From positions 45,694,001 to 45,758,000 of the forward strand of contig NC_043005.1 in NCBI RefSeq assembly GCF_006345805.1: a stretch of 64,000 bases of DNA. Reading direction: 5' to 3'. Both the position numbers and the translations under genes were made by a program. The stretch is from Octopus sinensis. Taxonomy: Eukaryota. Below the pieces are notes generated by a model. That model had not been told where the DNA came from. It did no database searches and was given only the letters and a program-made list of their open reading frames with translations. The first letter of the stretch is position 1, and every line of letters begins with the position of its first letter. Below, in pieces: positions 1 through 12,541 of this stretch.

Positions 1-2443
1 CTGGCAAACATGGAACTCTCTAGGATGTTTTGGTGTAAGGAAAATGAATAGCAATGATCTTTGCTTTCCAAGGGATTTTCTACTCTGTTTACTAAATCAA
101 CAGAAATCACAGGTCGCTGGAGGATTGAACACTTCTCTGAACTCCGGAACCATGAGCCAGTTGTGGATGAAACAGTGATTGATATTATGCAACAAAGACC
201 TATGATTGGTTCCTTAAATTCCACACCCTCAATAGATGAGATATTACTCTCTTTACTATTTTACTTGTTTCAGTCATTTTGACTGCGGCCATGCTGGAGC
301 ACCGCCTTTAGTTGAGCAAATCGACCCCGGGACTTATTCTTTGTAAACCCAGTACTTATTCTATCGGTCTCTTTTGCCGAACCGCTAAGTGACGGGGACG
401 TAAACACACCAGCATCGGTTGTCAAGCAATGCTAGGGGGACAAATACAGACACACAAACATATACACACACATACATACATATATATATACATATATACG
501 ACAGGCTTCTTTCAGTTCCCGTCTACCAAATCCACTCACAAGGCATTGGTTGGCCCAAGGCTATAGCAGAAGACACTTGCCCAAGATACCACGCAGTGGG
601 ACTGAACCCGGAACCATGTGGTTGGTAAGCAAGCTACTTACCACACAGCCACTCCTGCGCCTAATGACAGCAATAAGTAAATTGAATCTTGGTAGGGCAC
701 CTGGAAGGGACGGAATTTATGCTGAGGTCTTGCGATTTGGTGGTGATTACATCATACAGTCCCTTCATGAACTTATTAGTGTAGTCTGGAGGGATGGTGC
801 AATGCCTAAAGACTGAAAGGATACAATTATTCTTCCTCTCTATAAAGGAAAAGGAGCCAGAATAATGTGTGGTAACTACAGAGGTTTTGCTCTACTATCA
901 CCTGCTGGCAAGGTTGTGGCAAATATTCTTACCTGCTGAATGGGTGTCTCGTGAATGATGTCCTATCTGCATCTCAATGTGGCTTCTGATCTGGTAGAGG
1001 GACAATGGATATGATTTTCACAGTAATACAGACACTGGAGAAGTGCTATGAGCAGAATATGGATCTTGTCTAGGTATTCATTGATTTAACCAAGGCCTTT
1101 GATTCTGTGAATAGGGCCTTGCTATGGAAAATACCTGGCAAACTTGGATGTCTGGATCCCTTTGTATCTATAATTAAATCATTTCATGATGGGATGGAGA
1201 CTTGGGTCAATGTTGGTGGTGGCATGGAGGGACCCATTCCTGCAGAGAATGGTGACAAGCAGGGTGACATCCTTGCCCCAACACTTTTTACTTTGTACTT
1301 TGCTGCTGCTTTTACTCATGCTTTTGATAAGGTTAGCTTTCTTGGAATATATGTCAGGTATTGATCTTCTGGCCGCCTCTTTAATCTGCACCAATCTGCT
1401 GCCAATTCAAAAGTTTCCAGTCTCTTATTCATGACCTCCTTTATGCAGATGACTGTGACTTAGTCACTCATACAGTGGATGACATGCAACTACTAATGAA
1501 TCATATTTCTGTTTCTTGCAAAGCATTTAGACTCTGCATTAGCCTGGACAAGTCTGTTGTAATGTTCCAGCCTGCTCCAAGAAATCCATATGTGGAACCA
1601 GCTATCTTTGTTGAAGGAATAATACTGAAAGTGGTAGACAAGTTTGTCTACCTGAGCAGCACACTCAGCCATTCTTGCTCCCTGGATGATGAAATATCTT
1701 TCAGGCTCCAGAGAACAACTGATTCAGTCTTGTGTCTGGTCCCAGCATGGCATCACAAGGCAAACAAAAATTGCTGTGTACTGTGCATGTGTACTGACAT
1801 CACTCCTTTACTCATGTAAGACATGGGCCCTTTACAAACGTCATGTAAGGGTCTTTGAACACTTTCATCAGAGATGTATGAGTCACATTCTGAATGTTGG
1901 CTGGATCATAAAAACTCCAGACATACAGGTTCTGAGGAAAGCTGATATCTTTAGTATTAAGGCAATCGTGCACAAGCACCAGTTATGTTGGATTGGACAC
2001 CTTATTATAATGAGGAATAGCAGGATCGTTAAACAGATGCTATATGGGGAACTTGTTAATGAAAGGAGACCCCGGCAGAAACTAAGGCTGAAATTTAAGA
2101 ACTGTGTCAAGTCCTCATTAAAGGCTTGTGATATGCAGGAGACTGACTGGGAGAACAATGCTTGTCATCACCACAGGAAGCAGGTTAAGGAGTGGGTCAA
2201 CACCTTTGAGAGAGCACATATTCTGCATGAAGAATTTAAGCATGCTGCTAGAAAGTGCACTGCTAGTGTAGCGAATGGGGAAAGCTTGGTTTACAATGTT
2301 CGCAGTCGTGTATGCTTATGAAGAGCAAGGCTCATTAGCCACCAGCAGAGCCATAAATGCAAAATATAAGTTAGTCCTAGAGCACACAATATTCCTAAAG
2401 GTCAGCAATGGTCTTCCTCGGTCACAAGTGGACTGCCATCATG
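1..2443 (+). mobile_element. Degenerate RTE-clade LINE, ORF2 reverse-transcriptase region plus 3' end, interrupted by a SINE at 244-663
   Basis: Broken frames give RW.EHFSEL, GRAPGRDGI.AE, PLYKGKG..CGNYRG, QGDILAPTLF, YADD (1442-1453), F.YL.STLS and QMLYGEL. Many stops and frameshifts. The element runs off the window start. Confidence 0.92.
244..663 (-). mobile_element. tRNA-derived SINE (family A), full length
   Basis: Minus strand starts AGGCGCAGGAGTGGCTGTGTGG (box A) ... GGTTCAGTCCC (box B), with an internal TA/CA microsatellite and an AGTAAAAGAGTA-like tail. Removing it restores the LINE frame. Confidence 0.92.
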
Positions 2444-2674
2444 TATGTAAGATGAAACTGGGAACAGTATTTGTCCGTTGTTATTGTATCTTTCTTCATT
2501 ACTTCTCTCTCTCTCACTCACTCACTCTCTCTCTCTCTCTCTTTCTCCACTAACCATTAACAACAGCAACGTTACTGCTACTGTCCTTACCACCACTAAT
2601 ACCACCATAGCTATCCATCACTCCCCTCTCTTACTGTAATGCAAAATGTAGGCAGGCATGGACTGTTGTATTAA

Positions 2675-2692
2675 TACACACACACACATATA

Positions 2693-2781
<89 letters not shown>
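2675..2781. repeat. Compound (CA)n/(TA)n/(GA)n microsatellite
   Basis: Seen directly. Confidence 0.95.
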
Positions 2782-2783
<2 letters not shown>

Positions 2784-3602
2784 GTTTGCACTGGTATGGT
2801 CATGTGGCGAGAATGGATGAAGATAGGTGTGTGAAAAAGTGCCAATCCCTAGCAGTGGAGGGAACCCGTGGAAGAGGTAGACCCAGGAAAACCTGGGACG
2901 AGGTGGTGAAGCACGACCTTCGAACTTTAGGTCTCACTGAGGAAATGACCTACGACCGAGAACTTTGGAAATATGCTGTGCGTGAAAAGACCAGGCAGGA
3001 CAAGTGAGTCCATCCCATTTATGCATGCCTTTCCTCCCTTGGACACACAAAGACCTGTTGAGGCAAGCGAAGTCGATATCGAACCTCATCCGACGACAGG
3101 CACCTATGCCTACCCCCCTTTGCTTGCGAAGTCCTGTTGGGGCAAGTGAAATCGAAATCGGAATCAAAATTGAACCAATCCTATGACTGGCACCTGGCAG
3201 ATGCCAGGACCCCTGGACTGGAGATACGTAAAAAGCGCTATCCGAATCGTGGCCGATGCCAGCGCCGCCTCGACTGGCTTCCATGTTGGTGGCACGTAAA
3301 AAGCACCATCCAAATCAGGGCTGAAGCCAATGTCGCCTCGACTGGCTTCCGTGCAGGTGGCACATAAAATGCACCAATCCGCCCGTGGCCGATGCCAGCC
3401 TCGCCTGGCTCCAGTGCAGGTGGCATGTAAAAAGCACCCACTACACTCACGGAGTGGTTGGCGTTAGGAAGGGCATCCAGTTGTAGAAACATTGCCAGAT
3501 AAGACCGGAGCCTGGGGCAGCCTTCTGGCTTCCCAGATCCCCGGTCGAACCGTCCAAACCATGCTAGCATGGAAAATGGACGTTAAACGATGATGATGAT
3601 GA
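2778..3602 (+). mobile_element. 5'-truncated RTE LINE: ORF2 C-terminus plus 3' UTR with (GAT)n tail
   Basis: RRLHWYGHVARMDEDRCVKK..GRGRPRKTW..stop at 3007. The UTR has ~60-bp internal repeats and ends CGTTAAACGATGATGATGAT. CpGs are retained, suggesting a young copy. Confidence 0.9.
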
Positions 3603-3604
3603 AA

Positions 3605-4896
3605 TTGGGTCATCCCATAAATAATGTGATTTTTTTACTTCTTTTATTTTTCAAAATTAAGATAAACAAGGTTCTTTTTTAATCTAAAATATATTCTCCT
3701 TCATTTTCTACAATGCTCTTCCATCTATCTGGTCAACTTGCAAGACCTCCTCTTCCAAACAATTCATTCATCCATGATGAAAAATACCCCTCCAGTACTG
3801 TTCTGCACTCGTCTACAGAATTCACATTTTTTCTGTTCAACTGATTTTGAAGACTGCAGAATAAATGATAATCAGATAGAGCAATGTCCAGCAAATATGA
3901 TGTTGGGGCATCATTTCCCATTCAAACTGCCCCATCTTTTGGAATGTCATCCTTGCTGTATGTGGCCAAGCATTATCCTGATGGAAGAATACCTTTCATC
4001 TTGAAACCAAAGATAGTCGTTTTTCTTCTAGTGCTGACTTAAGTTGCTCAAAGCTGCTTGCAGTAGATCTCCTTTGTTATTGTTTGATTTCAATTTAAAA
4101 GTTTAAAGTGGTCTAAACCTTTCATATCCCACCAAATAGATAACAACACCTTACATGGGTGAAGACCTTCTTTAGCATGGGGTCCTGGTGCTTCTCCTTT
4201 CCCTACCCACTGTCTTCAGCTCTTGACATTTTTATAGAGAACCCATTTCTTGTCATCAGTCACTATTCAGTTAAAAAAAAAAGGTTCACATAAGAGATGT
4301 GACAGCAAAGAAGAGCAGACATTTACTCTCTGCATGTGGTTAAACTTGAAAAGTTTGCAAGGAACCTATTGACCCAATTTGCTGACTTTTCAAATGGCAC
4401 ACAGGTGTCAATGCAGGGTTGAATGACCAAATCCAAGCTTCTCTGCTAGTTCCTCAACAGTAATGATGGGATTTTGTTCCACCAGGGTTTGCAGGATGTC
4501 CTTGTCAAGCTCTACAGATCTTACAGGATGAGACTCATCCTCTAAGCTGTAGTTTCTGGCTTGGAATTTCTGAAACCACTGTTGACACTGGCTTACACTT
4601 ATTGTCTGATCCCCATTTACTGCATTAATATTCCTTGCACTTTCCACAGCATTGTTGCCTTTATTAAACTTATAAAGCAAAATATGCTAAATATACTCCT
4701 TTGACACTTCCTTTATAGCTTTGGAAAAATAACTGTTAAAATCGAACTGCACTTTTCAAAACTTGCACTTAGAATAAGGACAAAGTAAACTTATTACCTG
4801 CTTTTATAGCAAGTTGATGCAGGTAGTTTATCTTATACTCCTGCAACTTTTAGTTCATGCAATTGAAAAAACCACATTATTTATGGGATGACCCAA
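3605..4896 (-). mobile_element. Full-length (~1.29 kb) dead mariner transposon
   Basis: TIR TTGGGTCATCCCATAAATAATGTG at both ends, TA on the right. Minus-strand fragments include an HTH N-terminus (4408-4680), VTDDKKWVLY, FFHQDNAWPH and LDIALSDYHLF (degenerate YSPDLAPSDYHLF). Confidence 0.95.
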
Positions 4897-5254
4897 TATA
4901 TTGCTCTATAACTTCTTTTTCAGATTTATGCTTTACTGACGATGTGTGTGTGATTGTGTTTCCATGTTTGTTGATGTACCTCTCACTTCTCCAAAGGTTG
5001 TGACAAACAGTTGATGTTATTGTTGTTTGTTTTCCTGTCAGCAAATCATCCACTCAGATCTGTGTGGAACAAGAGACCCCTTGCTTGATAAACAGGTAAG
5101 GGTCAGTGACATGAAGTTGCAAGACAATTACATAGTTGTCAAACCCATGCAATCATGGAGAAAACTGATGCAAAAACAAATGAATGGATAATTTGTTGAT
5201 AACAGTATCACCTCTTTAATATATTTAATGCCTGTGCTGGTCCCAATATAAAAC

Positions 5255-5437
5255 ACTGGTGTTGGTGCCACATAAAAAAGAACCCAGTACATTCTGTAAA
5301 GTGGTTGGCATTAAGAAGGGCAACCAGCTGTAGAAATCATGCTACAATAGACAACTGAAGCTTGGTACAGCCTTTTAGTTTGTCAGCTCCTGTCAAACTA
5401 TCCAACCCATTCCAGCATGGAAAACAGACATTAAATG
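5255..5437 (+). mobile_element. Short RTE-3'UTR-related repeat; other copies at ~13054-13305(-), 17430-17656, 33700-33887, 37608-37820, 41632-41775(-), 57062-57300(-), 63308-63540(-)
   Basis: Shares GTGGTTGGCATTAGGAAGGGCATCCAGCTGTAGAAAC..CCAACCCATGCCAGCATGGAAAA..GATGAT with the UTR at 3420-3602. Confidence 0.8.
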
Positions 5438-5955
5438 AAAAAAAAAAAAAATGAAGAAAGCTTACTCATCTCATGAATGTTTTTCCCTTCATTGAAATTT
5501 AAGATTACACATATAGCTTTATACTTTTTACATATACTTAATACAGTCTCCTTTTGCAAAGAGAAACAGAAATGTTTTGTTGCCAAGAGAGGTAACAGCT
5601 TTATGGACCTCTTCCATCTGTTTCTCATCTATCCTACTATACTTTCAGCACAACTACCTTTAGTATTAATTATTCCAGAAAATAGCAGAAACTAACAACC
5701 TACTATTTACAGCAAACTGTGTATGCAGTTTATAGACTTTATTTCATCAGTGCCCCTACTGCTAATGTCTACTAAACATCAGACACATCTAAAATTCCGA
5801 TTATTTGTCAGTCTGCCAGAGATTCCACTGCACCACATGTATACTGATTGCCGGTATTGAGTTCCTACTAATTCTGTTCCTATGTACTGTGCAAGGTTAC
5901 TTTCTACTTTCCCTCATTGTATATAATATGGGGATCTGATAATAATCCTCCTTAA

Positions 5956-6148
5956 CCTTTTGGCATTCAGATTACTCTATCAAATGTAATGCTTATGTGT
6001 TCGTATTGTTTTGAATTAATCACACATTATCTTGTGGCTTCGGAATTTTAATGATGTGTCCGTTTACTTTAGAATGATATTGTAGGGCAAGTGGATCTGG
6101 TCAGTTTGAATATTTGGGCCTGATATTGCTGATTTGATTGCTAAAGGG
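5956..6148 (+). mobile_element. piggyBac-type MITE; other copies at 13763-13955, 25694-25912, 40821-41025, ~45665-45880, ~50370-50563, 55883-56097
   Basis: TTAA flanks (5952-5955, 6149-6152), CCCTTTAGCATT-like TIRs and a shared core TTGTTTTGAATTAATCATGC. Confidence 0.8.
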
Positions 6149-6380
6149 TTAAGCCAGTATATGCAAAACACACACGCAGACATGCACACACACAAATTTG
6201 CATATACACTTATTTATGCACATCTTTAATTTTTGGGAGGTTTTCTTTTCCGTCTTCAGCAATTTCATGCAGCTTAAACAACTAATGCTCATGAAATGGC
6301 ATGACTGTTCAAATATCCCATTGCTTTTTCCTAAAATTCAAGTTTTTTTTTTGAACCAAGCAAAAAAAGTAAATAAACAT

Positions 6381-6467
6381 TACTACTACTACTACTACAA
6401 CTACTGCTACTGCTGCTGCTACTGCTACTACTGCTGCTACTGCTACTACTGCTACTACTGCTGCTAC
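6381..6467. repeat. Mixed (TAC)/(TGC) trinucleotide microsatellite
   Basis: Seen directly. Confidence 0.95.
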
Positions 6468-7749
6468 ATTGTGACTGAAATAGTTCTTACATTAAATAAT
6501 TGTTTTTATATCGTTTGTATTGAAATCTTACAAGGGGTGACTTAGCCCTTAATTCTTCAGAGATCAACAAAATAACTACCAGTCAACTACTGAGGTTGAT
6601 ATAAATGTCTGTTCTTTCCTCCACTCCTAACTTTACAGCCTAACCATTATGCTTTGTCTCAGTTTTCTTCTGACCAGTTCCACTTCTAGTGAAAAGGAAA
6701 CATTTCACTGGTCAAGCAGTCCATCTGCTGACAACATCCTTTGTATGGGAGATTTGGTATGGTATGGTTGTTGATGCACAGGCATATACCAGAGGTTGTG
6801 GTATTAACGTAAATTCCGATTGGGTATGGTTGCCCATTATCAGTGACAGTTTTTTTCTACAGTTTGTTTTTCTGTCAGAGCTGCAGTCTTAAATCAAGCA
6901 AAGTTGAAAACTGGGTACTTGTTGTTAGGTGCTCTCAGACTTCTACCAGTTGGGTAATGTAACTATTGGGACTTTTAGGTTAGCAATTTATTGAGGATTA
7001 GTACCTGGGGAGAGTGGTGACATTTTTAGGAAAATTCTGGTCTATTCCAGAGAACTTTCAGCCTTGGGACTATGGATAATTTCCAGATATCTTTAGCTTA
7101 ATAGGACTGCCAAAAAATATTTACAGTTTATGATAAACTCTACATGCTTCGATGTGCCATCAGCCATACTTGACCAAAATATATGTAGAACACTGAAACC
7201 ATTCTGCATCCACTTGTTCAGTGTCCAAGTGTTGTTGTATGTTGGATGGGTCTGACTTTCAACTGAATCTACCATTATACTAGAATCACTTTAACTGGCT
7301 ACTCAGTTCCAACTAATTTATTGCCTAGTGCCTATTTAGGAAATTATTATTTTCATGAGAAAGTATTTTTGGATTAGTCTTGACTTTCGCCCTACCTTTA
7401 ATATCTAATATTCAGGAGATTTTCTCTGAAAATCTCAATCAAAACAAATACTGATTATTCAAAAATTTATTTATATTTTTCTTTCAATACTGAAATCTAA
7501 TTCTTTTGTAAGATCTACTAAAATGTTTGGAGCAAATTCTTATCTGATCAGAATGTTAGTAAAACCTGAAAGTTTTGTTTCTTCATTATTATTACTATTG
7601 TATATTTCTTCAAGAAATCATTTCCACTTATTTTAACCGATTATTATTATTTTTAGATTTTGGATTTATAAAATATTTTTCTGAAAATATCTACATTGAG
7701 AAGTACAAAGTTTTTGTTTCTTTCTTCAATTTTATTTTTAGCAATTATA

Positions 7750-8005
7750 TCATATAACGTTGAAACAAATGAGATCGCGACAAATAAATTTCTCTTTTAA
7801 ACGACACTTTATCTATCTTAAAGCAAATTATGCAAAGACAAGATTAGTTTGAAAAATGGAAAAACAATTTGCTAAACTATTATTAAACGGACAAACGAAA
7901 GCTAAGTACAAAGTAATTCATTTTTGATTACGTCAAGATATGTTGTCGATTGCACTAAAAAACTACGCATATTCTGATGACGTCACTGCTGCAGCTCAAA
8001 ACATC
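7750..8005 (+). promoter_or_regulatory. Putative promoter / 5' region with CRE-type sites
   Basis: TTACGTCA at 7928-7935 and a perfect TGACGTCA at 7978-7985. CpG-containing sequence begins abruptly here, directly upstream of an ATG-to-GT exon. Confidence 0.6.
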
Positions 8006-8056
8006 ATGGCCACTCACCACCGACCGTCAGCCGGTCAGGGGAAAAAAAAGGTCCAG
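8006..8056 (+). CDS. Putative first coding exon of an unidentified host gene (MATHHRPSAGQGKKKVQ, phase-0 donor)
   Basis: Good start context AACATCATGG, GC-rich non-repetitive 51 nt, followed by CAG|GTTTGT. Lies at the start of the CpG-retaining region. Protein not recognised. Confidence 0.6.
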
Positions 8057-9162
8057 GTTTGTACTTTTCTAGTTACTTTTGAAAGTATAAAGGAGTATGG
8101 AAGTGACCAAGAGGCTTTTACCTAACGTTTCAGTAAATCTAAGCGATATTGTACGTCTGGCAATACAGTGGGTACCATAAATTAGAGACGTGTTTTCCTC
8201 CTTATTTAAGCATATCCCTTCTCTCATTCAATACCGCTCTTTTTTTTTTCTTTCTTGTTGTTGGGGACCCATTTTGCACATTTAGTAAATACGCTATCTT
8301 TTTCCACTGTTGACGAATTAATACTGTATCTTTTCTCACAGTTGACAAAAGAAAATGCAATCTCAAAAAAGAAACAACAGCCACCTAAATCTAGTCGCGT
8401 GAAAGTATTATTCTTTCTCTAAACCATTCTGGTGGATCCTTGTTTTTCTCTTTATTTATACATGCACTATCAACTTAGCCAGTCATGTTTTTGTATTTTG
8501 CTAAATTATCTGCTCTCTGTTTGAGCCTTCACTTGAATTATATACACTTAAATTTTAAATTTTTAACGCGAGTAAATCAACAGCAAAACAAACATGCTTC
8601 AATTTCATATTGCATTCTATGCGTTATATTTAGAATGTTGGACTTGGAAATATTTAAATATTCAATATTATTGTCATTATTATCCCATTGGAAATATCCC
8701 CGTTAGCTGACTGCTTCCACCACACCAAGGAGACAAATGGCCTGAAAGTAACACAAACTCAAGCAGGACCTCTTAGAAACACTATTAGAAATCTTAGAGT
8801 AAATAAGAAACGAATCAAATAATAGATTTCAATGGGATAATAAAGTCACTTGTCTAATAGTACTTAGTATCTCAGCCTGTTATTCCTTTTACTTCTCTAT
8901 AATACCTTCCCTTTGCTTGCTTATGCTCTTGGCTTAGACACATCCATTATATATATATATATACATATATATATATAAGATTTCGCACACGGAGGTTCGG
9001 TCAGCAAGATATAGAATTTATACAACGTATCCTTAGCTAAAAACTCAGTGATATACTACAGTGAAGCTGTTGTGGCCCTTTATAGTCTTCCTTCGGTTTC
9101 GAACTATTGTTGATTTGCACTTCTGATCTCTCTCTCGCTTTCTCACACACATTTTATTTATT

Positions 9163-9194
<32 letters not shown>

Positions 9195-10329
9195 TATATA
9201 TTTCTTCTTTTTCCTTTCATTACTTCCGTGCTTCTTGCTATTATATATAGCCCAGGGAGCAAACTTATAATCAAAGCCATTCTAGTTCAGATCATCCCGT
9301 CCCTTCCTTTCATTGGTAATAATTTGAGGGAGATCTAGGTGCTATCTCTAGCTGGTGAAGCGACTACGTAACAAGCCACCTCGTTGGTTTTGTCGCTTTT
9401 TTTTTTTGTGTGTGGTTGTCTCTGTTTTCTTTTGACTCGATGTTATCATTGTTTTATCGCCACCACCACCACCATCGCTATCTCTACTGTTTTATCAGTC
9501 TCCCGACTTGTCTGTCCATCCGTATCCATCGTTTGTTATACAATATGTCATTAAAGACACAATATTCACATACTGACAAATGTTTTACTAAAATAGTAAC
9601 AAGCCACCAGACTATATATATATATACATACATACATACATACACGCACACACATAATATAATAGTCAATGTCTTTATTCCTTTTAATCAGTCCCTTATT
9701 TCACACTGTTGTCGTCGTAGTTGAAATAGACAGAAAAAAATTCACCAACACGTTTGTTTGTTATTCTATTTATAGGAATATTTTTATACCATTTCGTTTT
9801 AACCTTTACAATTTTCTTAGGAGAACTTATTATTCACAGCCCTGTTACTCATTTTCTACTAGTTATTTCCCATGTGTATATCTGTGTTTATTGTGTAGTT
9901 CGTGGTCAGTGGTGATTAATCGAAACTTGTTTAGGTCCCTAGAGTATCCTTTTTTATTATTTTTTTTTTCCCTTCAAACTCGGGAGAGAGACATTGTGTC
10001 CTTCCAGAGTTTTAAACAATCTCTGGTATTCGTCGTCGTCGTCGTCGTCATCATCGTCGTCGTTGTTCTTGTTTTTGTTTCAACTTCCTGTTAGGAATTT
10101 GACCGATATATTTCGAGCATTTAATGTTCTGAATGAATGCGGCTCGTTTGTGTATTCTCCCCACCTTCTTTAAATTGTTTAGTACTATTTTCAGTTTTTA
10201 GACATATGCTTCTTACACACATATATATAAAAATGAATACACATACACACAGATACAAGCACGCGCACGAACATTTCCACGCATTTTGCACCCTATCTCA
10301 AACTACCTTGTTGATTCGAGCCATCTCAC

Positions 10330-10540
10330 GAGGCCTCTTACATGGTCGATCGACCTCCTAGAAATAGCAGCCGGATCCTCCTCAAATCACTGTACCATCT
10401 TGGAAAAAAAGGGAAGGGAAAATTGGATAACATATTCCTAGACACCCTTAAAAACGACAGGATGGCCCTGGCTGGTACACCTTTGATTATAAGTGTGCTC
10501 ATCTTGACTGACCTGTGGGTGGGGGTGGGTTAAACAATAA
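10330..10540 (+). repeat. Interspersed repeat family D; other copies at ~9240-9390(-), 11000-11190(-), 12220-12350, 14370-14570, 22860-23010, 25400-25690, 41460-41620, 42040-42185, 60460-60640
   Basis: Shared CTGCTAGAAATAGCAGCCAAATCTCCC...GCCTTTGATCATAGG...CTAAACAAC motifs. Class not determined. Confidence 0.7.
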
Positions 10541-11659
10541 CTACCGTGTTCGTTAGTTTCTTTATTAAGAATATTTTAAGAATATTTGTGTAGCTACAAT
10601 GTCAACATCAGTGTGTATTGCGTGGATGCGTATTATTAAGCTGTAATTAGTTTTCTGTTTAATTATTTCGCTTTAAATTATTTTATAATTGTTCAACGAG
10701 CAAAACAGTCCATCTCTGCGTGTGACCTCGAAATTTGTAATATCTTGTCGGATGAATCATGGTTTTGTTGTTATATTACAGTCGAGACTATAGCGGATCG
10801 GACTAAAATGCAATTACACCATTTGTCATTGTCCCTCCAGGAACAAAGTTTTCATCGTCTTTGAGAGGAAGAAACAAAATACCAGCTCTATACTGGGGTC
10901 TGGAAATCGTTCGTATCCTACTATATAGTTGGTCTTGTTGCTCAGAACTCACCATCACCACCGCCGTCATAATTTGTATTGTTATTATTTAAGCCCACTC
11001 GATCTGTTTCTAATCGAACACTTATAACCAAAGTTGTTCCCAGTCGTGACCATCACATGTTTTTTTGTTGTTTAGTTTGGGTTTTTTTTTTATCGAAAAT
11101 TCCATTTTTTTTATAAGAGGGTATGGTGTGATTTCAGGAACATTTGGCTGCTATTTATATTATGTTAAACGACCGCGATGAAGCCTCCTGGTTGTATATG
11201 TTAGATACTATTTGATTATCAGAATGTTTACATAATCTTTTATGGTTTCTCGCGTTAGATATCTGTGCGCTCTCTTACATAGTGTTGTCTCTGTTTTTTG
11301 TTTGTTTATGTTTTTATAAGCAATCCTCATGTATAAAGCTAATGTCATTTACGTCTCAAATTGATTTTTGACAAGTTTTTCTCCCTTCCTCGCCACCGCA
11401 TCCTCGATTGTAAACATTTCTAAACGCGAACGTGTCCTGTAGTCTTTATTGTTCTTTGTTACTGCTATTAGCATTTCGTTTTTTTTTTACGAGACGACGA
11501 CACTTTAAGAGGAGTCTGCTTTTCATTGCTTCTCGATGCATATTTATTCTTCTTTATTACTATTATCAGTAATTTTATTGGTGCTATTTAAAAAAAAATA
11601 TTATCATGGATCAACAGAATCGTTTGAACTGGATAAGGATTTGCGGGGTTTAGTTTAAC

Positions 11660-12035
11660 GTTGTGTGTTCAGATTCAACTATTCTTCTGGGGTGGATAAA
11701 ATAAAGTACCAGTCAAGTACTGGGGTCGATATAATCGAGTTAACTCCTACTCCCGAATTTATGGTCTTGGCCCTATGTGAGAAATTACTCTTTATGGCAT
11801 TTGATGCTTATTATATTAATATTACACCGGATTGGTAAAAATCGTTAGCGCTTCGAGTAAAAAGGCCTTGCAGTGTTATGGTCGTTTACGATCGGAGTTC
11901 AAATACTGCCGGACTGAACTTGCTCTTTCATCCTTCCGGAGTCGATAAAATAAAGTACTATTGCGATCGATATAATCGACTATATCCATTCCGCAAATTT
12001 GAGCTCTTGTGCTTATGTTAGAAATCAATATTATT
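11660..12035 (+). mobile_element. Two adjacent family-B SINE copies
   Basis: GAGTTCAAAT box B and TTTCATCCTTCCGGAGTCGATAAAATAAAGTAC core, as in 45999-46230. Confidence 0.7.
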
Positions 12036-12496
12036 GATTAGGAATGAAAAATATAGTATAGAAAGTGTGAAAAAGAAAGATAAAGAAAGAAAAGAAAAAA
12101 AAACGTTTCTTAAAATAGTTTTCGTATGGGATTTAATGAAACTAAGAAGGGAACTCGACTAAATTATTAATAGTTATTTAGCAGCTATACCTCACTAATC
12201 AACTATATCTCTTGATGCGAGCATTTGAACTGCTAAAAATAGCAGCCAGATCTCCCTTAAAACACATTCTACCATAGTGTGGTAACGACTGGAATGCTTT
12301 TTTGATCATAGTGTCTGGTTCTCTCAGGACTGATTTGGTGACTAAACACAAACTTGTACATACCTCAATAATTATTGTAAATTAAGAAAATAATTGTGAT
12401 TTTTTTTTTATGTATGCGATGTGTGTGTTGTTGGATTGGATTGAATACCTTCAATCAGATCTTTACTGTTTAAATGGACCCAAAATAGAAATGAGG

Positions 12497-12539
<43 letters not shown>

Positions 12540-12541
<2 letters not shown>

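Noticed and set aside
1686-2321. Longest ORF (211 aa) as a host or domesticated gene
   Set aside because: It is the post-RT part of a frameshifted RTE LINE with degenerate conserved residues.
5461-5640. Minus-strand exon of a divergent gene (CTTAC donor at 5461)
   Set aside because: No good acceptor, and the most protein-like frame stops before the donor. More likely TE debris or chance.
6198-6545. Cys/Tyr-rich ORF resembling a metallothionein or toxin
   Set aside because: Produced entirely by the TAC/TGC microsatellite.
6660-7300. Coding-like unique sequence
   Set aside because: All frames are interrupted and I can support no motif; possibly an old TE ORF.
8006-8056. SNRPE (Sm E) assignment from GQG.KVQ similarity
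   Set aside because: The match is only a few residues, and the expected following KVMVQPINLIF sequence is not seen in the window.
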